From contig CAVZHG010000014.1 in NCBI GenBank assembly GCA_963775035.1, positions 2,850-66,849 of the forward strand: a stretch of 64,000 bases of DNA. The letters run 5' to 3'. Positions 57,030 through 64,000 of this stretch are shown in pieces (within the stretch, counting starts at the first letter, position 1; every line of letters starts with the position of its first letter). The stretch is from an uncultured Alphaproteobacteria bacterium. GTDB lineage: Bacteria > Pseudomonadota > Alphaproteobacteria > Rhizobiales > Hyphomicrobiaceae. The position numbers and the translations under genes were made by a program. A model generated the notes under the pieces. That model was not told where the DNA came from, ran no database searches, and worked only from the letters and a program-made list of their open reading frames with translations.

Positions 57030-57259
57030 CGCCGGCAACGCCGTGAGGTCCCGCATCGCTGTGGCGCTGCACAGCGATGCCACACGCCCGCATCGTTGTT
57101 GGGACACACAGCGATGCCACAGGAAAGTCCCGATCGCGCGTCATTCGGTGACAGCGTCGGTGTCGACAAGCGTCCGCTCACCGATTGCGTCATCGGTCAG
57201 CGCACGCTACGACACAATCGCGACGACGATTGGGCCCTCACGCTTCGCGAAGCGCTGGA

Positions 57260-57682
57260 ATGATGGAAACCGTCAGACAATTCATCAGCGCCAATCGCGT
57301 GCTGACCGCGACGGCCGTCGTCCTCGTGGCGCTGGTCTTCATGCGGCCGGCGCGCGCGGTGGCGATGGTGATGCTGCGCATCGTCGCCCGCGTCCTGCTG
57401 GTGGTGGCGCTGCTGGCGCTCGTCAGCGACGGGACGCGGACGCTCGCGACCGACGGCGGCCTCGTCGTCACCTCGTTCCTCGAGCACTGGACCGATCTCG
57501 CCCCCGCTTCCCTCGAAACGGTCAAGCGCACGCTGTCGCTGAAAGTGCATCCCGCACTCTGGGACAGCGTTCTCGCGCGGCTGTTCGCGCTGCCGGCGTG
57601 GCTGGTCCTCGGCGTCACCGCCATCATTCTCGCCTATGCCGCCCGCAAACGACGCCGGCTCAACGTCTACGCCAATGCTTGA
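57260..57682 (+). CDS. Hypothetical membrane protein
   Basis: Three hydrophobic segments; LVSDGTRTLA. Confidence 0.6.
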   Translation: MMETVRQFISANRVLTATAVVLVALVFMRPARAVAMVMLRIVARVLLVVALLALVSDGTRTLATDGGLVVTSFLEHWTDLAPASLETVKRTLSLKVHPALWDSVLARLFALPAWLVLGVTAIILAYAARKRRRLNVYANA

Positions 57683-57694
57683 ACCATCGATCCG

Positions 57695-58748
57695 ATGAAA
57701 GTCCTCGTCACCGGCGCCAACGGCCACCTCGGCTTCAACGTCTGCAAGGCTTTCGTCGAAGCCGGGCACGAGGTGCGCGCCTCGATCCGCTCGGCCGATG
57801 ATCGCGCCAAAGCCGACCCGCTGCGCGCGATCGGCGTCACCGACATCGTCGGCTTGAACATCCGCGCCATCGATCCGTTCGTCGACGCCTGCCGCGGCAT
57901 CGACGTCCTGCTCCACGTCGCGGCGACCTACGCGATGCGCCCGGACGGCCCTGCGGCGGTGTCCGCACTCATCGCAGACAGCGTCGAAGGGGCGGAAAAC
58001 GCCATCCGCGCCGCCGCGGCGGCCGGCGTGCCGAAGGTCGTGCTGACCTCGTCCGTCGCGACGCTGCCGCGCGTGCCGCGCGATGCGCCGGCGACCACGG
58101 AAGCCGACTGGGCGAGCGACCTCGCCGTCCCCTATTTCCGCGCCAAGGTCGAAGGCGAGCGCGCCGCGTGGAAGGTCGCTGAAGAGACCGGCGTGACGCT
58201 GATGGCGATACTCCCCGGCACCATCGGCGGGCCCGGCTTCCTGCGCCCCACGCCGTCGATCGACATCATCGAAAACATCATGAACGGCTCGCTGCGGTTC
58301 GGCGCGCCGAACGCCAATGTCCCCTACATCGATGTGCGGGACGTGGCCGCCGCCCATGTCCTCGCCGCCACGCGCGACGTCACCGGGCGCTTCATCGTCG
58401 TCAACGACCATGTGCCGACGCTGCGCGAAGTGAGCATGCTCATGCACGACATCGATCCCACCGTGCGCGGCGGCGCCGATCCTGTTTCCCGATGTGGTGC
58501 TGGAAGCTGGCCCGGCGCTCGACTGGGCGCGATCCAAGCTGTTCGGTGGCGCGCGCATGGTCACCCGCGAGATCGTCGCGACGATGCGGGGCAAGGTCAC
58601 CAAGGTGAGCACGGCGCGCGCCAAGGCGGAACTCGGCTGGCAGCAGTCCATCCCGATCGACCGCAGCCTCGCCGAGACGATGGCCGCCATTCGGGCGCTG
58701 CGCCAACCGCACCGGGGCCAGCCGCACCGGCGCCGCCATATCGGCTAG
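57695..58748 (+). CDS. NAD-dependent epimerase/dehydratase, dihydroflavonol-reductase-like (frameshifted)
   Basis: VTGANGHLG, VVLTSS, YFRAK, IDVRDVA. Confidence 0.85.
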
Positions 58749-58776
58749 AGGCTCTCGGACCAAACTCACGAAAATT

Positions 58777-60254
58777 CTAGTTCTGGCCGAGGCGCCGCAG
58801 CCCTTCACGCGCCAGCGCGTTGTTGGCATCGATCTGCAGGGCCTGGCGGAAATCGGCAGATCGCCTGAGCGTTCGCCCGCCGCTGCAAGTGCGACAGCCC
58901 CCGCGCGACGTAGATATCCGCATCCCGGACATTGGCCGCGATTGCCTGGCTGAAATCCGCGATCGCCGGCCCGTGATCGCCTTTGCGCGAGTGGGCGAGC
59001 CCCCGCAGCCGCAGCGCCATGCCGTTGCGCGCCTCGCGACGGATGGCCTCGTTGAGATCGGTGATCGCGGTATCGAACTGACCGGCGCGCAGGCTGTCGA
59101 GCCCGCGCTGGAGCAGCGCCGGAACGTCGAGCGACGCGGCAGGCGTTCCGGTGGCCGGCGTCTGCCCTTGCGGCGCGTCGATCTGGCTGCGCAGGGCCAG
59201 CGCGGCGGCGTGGTTGGGATCGATCCGCAGCACGTCGGCGATGTCGGCGAGCGCGCGCGGGCGATCGCCGAGCTGGTTGCGCAGCATCGCCCGCTGGACC
59301 AGCACCGCCGCATTGGTCCGCTCGTTGGCGAGGATGGCGTCGAGGTCGGTGATGGCGCGCTGGACCTGGCCCTGCCGCACGAGCAGCGCCGCCCGCTGCT
59401 GCAAGGTCGCCGTATCCTGCGGCGACGTATCGAGAACGGTCGCGAGGTCCTGCAGCGCATTCGTCATATCGTTGCGCAACGCGTGGAGGCGGCTGCGCTC
59501 GCGGAGCGCCGCGGCGGGCTCGGACCTGAGGCTGATCATTTCGGTCACGTCGGTGATCGCGCGCTCGACGTCGCCCTGCTGCTCGTAGGCGCGGGCGCGC
59601 TCGGCGAGCGCTGCATCGTTGCGCGGATTGAGGCGGATCGCCTGTGTCAGATCGGAGATCAATTCGATGATGCGGCCCCGCGCCCGCTCAACGGCGGCGC
59701 GGTTCATGTAGGCGCGCACCAGCACGTCGCGCGGCACCCGGCGGATCTCGATGACGCGGCTGCAGGCGCGCAGCGAACGTGTCGCTATTGGCCGGCGTGC
59801 AGTCGACCATCTCGATGGGAATGCCGTCGGTCTGCGGCGCGGCAGGCGGGCGGGTGTGGTCGCTCGGCGTCTGCTGCGTCGCGACTGGCGCCGGGCCGGT
59901 CGATCGGCGCGGCGGTCGGTGCGGGGCCGATGCCGCCCGATGTCCCCTGCGGGGGCGCGCCTTGGGCCGGGCGCGCGGCTTGCGGCTGAGCCGGAGCACC
60001 CACGCCGGGTTGAGCGGGCGCCTGGGCACCGGCTGGGCCGGCGTTTGGCCGGCATCGGGCTGGGCTGCGGGCCGGCGCGGCGACGGCAGCGCGCGCTGCG
60101 GCCGCTGCTGTGCCGGTGGCGCGGCCTGGCCGGGTTGCGTCTGCTGTTGCGGCTGTTGCTGCTGCTGCTGCGCACCCTGCGCCGATGCCGGATCTGGCGA
60201 CAACGTCAGTCCAATGGCCACAATCGAGATCGAAGCAATCGCCAGTGAACGCAT
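58777..60254 (-). CDS. Secreted tetratricopeptide-repeat protein with a Gln/Pro-rich N-terminus (frameshifted)
   Basis: Signal peptide; repeated AI.D...AI..NP TPR patterns. Confidence 0.8.
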
Positions 60255-60563
60255 GTCATCCCTCGGATGCTATGAAATAATCGGGTCCGCGGCCGGTCGC
60301 GAAAATATATCACACGACAGCAACGCTTGCCGAGGTCTCCCTCGTCAACCGCTTAATGCCGGGCGATCACGCGCCGCGCCCGCGGCGCCAGCACAATCAC
60401 TGCCGGTACGCCCGGGCGGACAGCTCCGCCACCCGCCACCATCCTATATGGAGCCGCCGCGGCATCGGAAAAGATGCACGCCGTTCAGATCGTCGATAAC
60501 TATTCGGTGAAACGCAGACCGCAGTTGCCGACTCGCGGCCGCTGCTCCTTGAGGAAACGGCCA

Positions 60564-60989
60564 TCACATCTTTTCGTAGCGCAGCTTCGTCATCCCGATC
60601 TGCACCATATCGCCCGACCGCAGGACCTGCTCCTTGGTCACGCGGCTGCCATTGACCTCGATCGGATTGGCCTTGCCGCCGTCGAGAATCCGCACCTCGC
60701 GGTCGCCGCAGTCGATCACCGCGTGCTGATGGCGCGAGATGGCATTGTCGCCGAAGTCCAGCGAGACGATGTTGTCGGTATAGCGCCCGATCGAGTTGGT
60801 CCCCTTGTAGACCGACCGCACGGTACCGAGCCCGGGACCCTCGATGATGGTGAGCCGCCCGATCGGCGGGCCAGCGCTCGCAAGCTGCACCTGCGTCGGC
60901 ACATCGTCGAGATTGGCGCTCGACCGCGGGCCGCCCGGCGTGCCCTTGGTCGGTATGTGGATAGTCTGGCTCTTGTCCTTATCGTTCAT
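60564..60989 (-). CDS. FHA-domain protein
   Basis: IGR...D.AISR.HA...NPIEVNG...L.SGD.V.IG. Confidence 0.85.
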   Translation of the reverse strand: MNDKDKSQTIHIPTKGTPGGPRSSANLDDVPTQVQLASAGPPIGRLTIIEGPGLGTVRSVYKGTNSIGRYTDNIVSLDFGDNAISRHQHAVIDCGDREVRILDGGKANPIEVNGSRVTKEQVLRSGDMVQIGMTKLRYEKM

Positions 60990-61047
60990 GCCAACCCACT
61001 CCTGTGGCCTGTCTCATTTCCTGAAATGGCGCGATGACCGACCGGCT

Positions 61048-61564
61048 TCAAGCCGCTTTCAGCCATAGCGTGAAACTGACGCCGCCGAGCGAGACGATGT
61101 CGCCGTCCTGGAGGTTCGCGTGCTCGCGCGTCACACCGTTGACCTGCATCGGATTGGGCTCGGAGCGCACCGCCGTCAGATTGTGGATCTCGAAGCCGCC
61201 GTCGCGGCGCGCGACAAGGCGAGCGTGATGCCGGCTGACGCGCACGTCCCGCACCTGGATATCGTCCTCGCTGTGACGCCCGATGACGACTTCGGGCCGC
61301 ATGATCGTGACCCGCCCGGGTTCGCCCTCGAATTCGAGGATCGCAAGGCTGCTGGTGTCGGATCCGCTCGACCCCGATGCATGCCGGTCACGCCGCCGGT
61401 TGGCGCCGTCCCCGATGGCAGAGGCAGCTTCATCGTGCCGCCGGTGGCAGCGGACGGCCCGCTCGCGGCGGCTTCTCGCGCTACGCCGCACGGTTGCGCA
61501 CGATCCAATACCCGATGCCCGCACCCAGCACGGCGATCAAGACGATGAGGACCCAATCGCGCAT
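61048..61564 (-). CDS. Membrane-anchored FHA-domain protein (frameshifted)
   Basis: N-terminal WVLIVLIAVLGAGIGYWIV; IGR..EDDI...VSRHHA...NG...LQDGD. Confidence 0.75.
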
Positions 61565-61712
61565 GTGCTGCTCGAGCTTTGCCGGTCTACGATCCGATGA
61601 CGGCCACGTCCCAATTCGGTCGAATACCATGGGTTTTGCGGCCGCTGCACCCTCAATCTAGCGATCCAAGCGCCTGGAATCAACGCGATCGCCTCGACAA
61701 CTTTGCTCGCCA

Positions 61713-61742
61713 TTGACTTTTCGACTCCGCCTTCATCATGTT
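61713..61742 (+). promoter_or_regulatory. Candidate sigma70 promoter of the argC leader
   Basis: TTGACT at 61713-61718 and a weak -10 near 61736-61742, placing the start site near the ATG at 61750. Confidence 0.45.
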
Positions 61743-61749
61743 CCGACCC

Positions 61750-61812
61750 ATGGAAAACGGATTAACCCTCGTCCGACGCTTTCGTGCCCGCGCTTGCGCA
61801 CGGCTGCGATGA
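61750..61812 (+). CDS. Putative Arg-rich leader peptide MENGLTLVRRFRARACARLR
   Basis: 20 codons with 6 Arg; stop codon lies in the 5' strand of a predicted antiterminator; alternative in-frame ATG at 61738. Confidence 0.65.
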   Translation: MENGLTLVRRFRARACARLR

Positions 61813-61844
61813 CGGGTTGCTGACTGCTACAGCCCGTTTGTCGC

Positions 61845-61872
61845 AAGCCGCGCCTGAAACGCGGCTTTTTTT
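61845..61872 (+). terminator. Intrinsic terminator (attenuator) in the argC leader
   Basis: AAGCCGCG-CCTGAAA-CGCGGCTT followed by a T7 run, about 85 nt before argC. Confidence 0.8.
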
Positions 61873-61957
61873 GCGTCTCCGCGACGATCCGGACCGCAAA
61901 GAACAGCCACCGACCGGCGCCACCCATGCCAATGATTTTGACGACGAGACATCCGCC

Positions 61958-62952
61958 ATGACGAGCACAGCCGACATTTCACTCAGCAAATCCGCCAAGC
62001 CTGCCGGCCTCAAGGGCGCGGTCCCGACCGTTTTCATCGATGGTGAAGCGGGCACGACCGGCCTCGAAATCCGCCAGCGGCTGGCGAATGCCACCGGCCT
62101 CCAGGTCCGGTCGATCGATGCTGAACGGCGCAAGGATTCGGCCGCGCGCAAAGCCTTGATGGCCGAGGTCGATGTCGTGGTGCTGTGCCTGCCCGATGAC
62201 GCCGCGCGCGAGGCGGTGGCGCTCGCCGACAGCCTCGGCGCCGATAGCCCCCGCATCATCGACGCCTCGACCGCGCATCGGGTCGCCCCGGGCTGGACCT
62301 ACGGTTTCCCGGAGATGACCGCGGGCCACGCAGCAGCCGTCGCCAAGATCGCGGCGCGTCACCAATCCCGGCTGCTATCCGACCGGCGCCATCGCGCTGC
62401 TGCGCCCGCTGGTCGAGACCGGGCTGATGCCGGCGGACTTTCCCGTCACCGTCAACGCGGTCTCCGGCTATTCCGGCGGCGGCAAGTCGATGATCCAGTC
62501 CCACGAGAGCGGCACGGCGCCGGCATTCGAGCTCTACGGGCTCGCGCTCGAGCACAAGCACGTCCCCGAGCTGCAGCTCTACAGCAAGCTCACCCGGCGG
62601 CCGATCTTCGTGCCCTCGGTCGGCAACTTCTACAAGGGGATGCTGATCAGCATCCCGCTGCATCTCGATACCCTGCCGGGCAAGCCGATCGCGCGGGACC
62701 TCGAGACGGCGCTGATGCGCCACTATGCCGGCGGCGGGCTCGTCGAAGTCGTTGCCGCCGCCGACCCGTCCGCCAAGGGCGGCCGGCTGGAGCCGGAGGC
62801 GCTGAACGGCACCAATCAGCTGGAGCTGCGGGTGTTTGCCCATCCCGCAGCAGCCGCAGGCGGTGCTGGTCGCGCGGCTGGACAATCTCGGCAAGGGCGC
62901 GTCCGGCGCCGCGGTCCAGAACCTCGGCCTGATGCTCGGAATGGTGATTTAG
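61958..62952 (+). CDS. argC: N-acetyl-gamma-glutamyl-phosphate reductase, type 2 (frameshifted)
   Basis: [56 protein letters not shown]. Confidence 0.92.
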
Positions 62953-63079
62953 AGCTTGATCGTTTGAGATGCGAGCGCTGGCGCGCGCATCGAGAGCGTC
63001 AAATCAAACTCTAAAACAAAAGCTAAGAGCGCGTTCGCACCAGTTGGCCTGATTCCAATAGCACGCGAACGTGCTCTAA
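62949..63079. repeat. RIME/MITE-like double-hairpin element
   Basis: TTAGAGCTTGAT...ATCAAACTCTAA, linker AACAAAAG, AGAGCGCGTTCGC...GCGAACGTGCTCT. Confidence 0.65.
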
Positions 63080-63972
63080 AAGGCCGTCGACGGCCGGTCG
63101 TTGTGGCCGATCGGCGGCGCGCTGGCGCGCTGCACCGGGTGCGACCGGGGCATCGCGGCGTTGGAGCCGCTCCTTCACCGCCGCCGCCATCAGCTCGGCG
63201 AGACAGCCGTAGGACAGATCGTTGAGGTGGAACTTGTCCTTCCACAGAAACTTGTCGACCGAATGCTGGCCGCTGGCGATCAGATACTTCATGATCGCGT
63301 AGCGACGGAACACCGGAACGCGATGCTGCCTCTGCGATGGTGTGCATCGTCGTGACGATATTTCTCGTAGTGCGGAACCGACGTCGAGCGCGGATAGAAC
63401 TGCGGATCGATCAGCACGACCTCGATATTCGCCGCCTTGAGCGAGGCAATGCCCGGCTTCGAGCGTCAACCTGGTAGGCTTCAGGTCGACGCCGCTGATG
63501 ACGTCGTTGACCCCGGTCTGCCACAGCACCAGCGCCGGCCGCTGCGGGATCACGTCGCGCTGCAGCCGCACCAGCATATGGTCGGCAAGCTCTCCGCCCC
63601 GGCCGAGATTGATGACCTGAAAATCCTTGCCGGGGTAGAGCCGGTCCATTTCGCGGTCGAAGCGCTCGGGATAGGCCGCCTGCCTGTTCGACGCCCCGTG
63701 CCTTCGGTCGACGAGGAGCCGATCGCGATGACGCGGATGACGCGGTTGTGCTCGATCGCCTGGGCGAGTCCGGTCAAGCGGGGGGCTGAAACGCAACCAG
63801 CGCGTTCGGGACGGTGCAGGGCACCCGATCGTTCAGATCCTGCGCTGTCGCGGCCGACGGCGCCAGCCCGGCCATGGCGCCGACGACGGCGAGCGCAAAT
63901 CGCAGCCGGCCGGGATTGCCTGCGAAACACGGCGAAATCCATCCGGAGCGGAGCGCCTACTCGGCCCCGCAT
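63023..63972 (-). CDS. SGNH/GDSL-family hydrolase (frameshifted, ends uncertain)
   Basis: AIGSSSTEG, INLGRGGE, WQTGVND, DKFHLND. Confidence 0.75.
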
Positions 63973-64000
63973 CCAAATTCGAGCACAGCATCGTTCGCCC

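Noticed and set aside
57053..57121. Possible mini CRISPR array
   Set aside because: Only two units, no spacer-length unique sequence and no cas genes.
61750..61812. Homology of the argC leader peptide to enterobacterial SpeFL (shared MEN start and RR)
   Set aside because: Too short to support, and the SpeFL C-terminal arrest region is absent; kept only as a check.

Overview
High-GC alphaproteobacterial chromosome segment (Hyphomicrobiales, probably Hyphomicrobiaceae-like). Many genes, including core ones (trpA, trpB, trpF, folC, argC, sppA), carry single-base frameshifts. These most likely reflect long-read indel errors, so gene ends are approximate. Core content: rsmE, ugd, paaK, the trpF-trpB-trpA-accD-folC block, ihfB, sppA, transaldolase, priA, argC and three tRNAs (Gln-TTG, Ser-GCT, Val-CAC). 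Accessory content: an IS3 element interrupted by an IS110 element, a polysaccharide-gene islet between tRNAs, a catabolic cluster with a TRAP transporter, a MarR/EmrAB efflux unit, a WYL (YafY-family) regulator facing a DUF1127-like gene, a lower-GC islet with a membrane-anchored ParA-like ATPase, a P450, an orphan LipS2-like radical SAM gene and several palindromic repeats. Most notable: (1) an apparent arginine-sensing transcription attenuator upstream of argC, with an Arg-rich leader peptide, antiterminator and terminator; (2) an IS110 element whose non-coding end shows bridge-RNA-like guides matching its own target and donor junction, inserted at the probable frameshift site of the IS3; (3) a paaK-dpgC-like gene pair suggesting an unusual O2-dependent arylacetyl-CoA to arylglyoxylate route.
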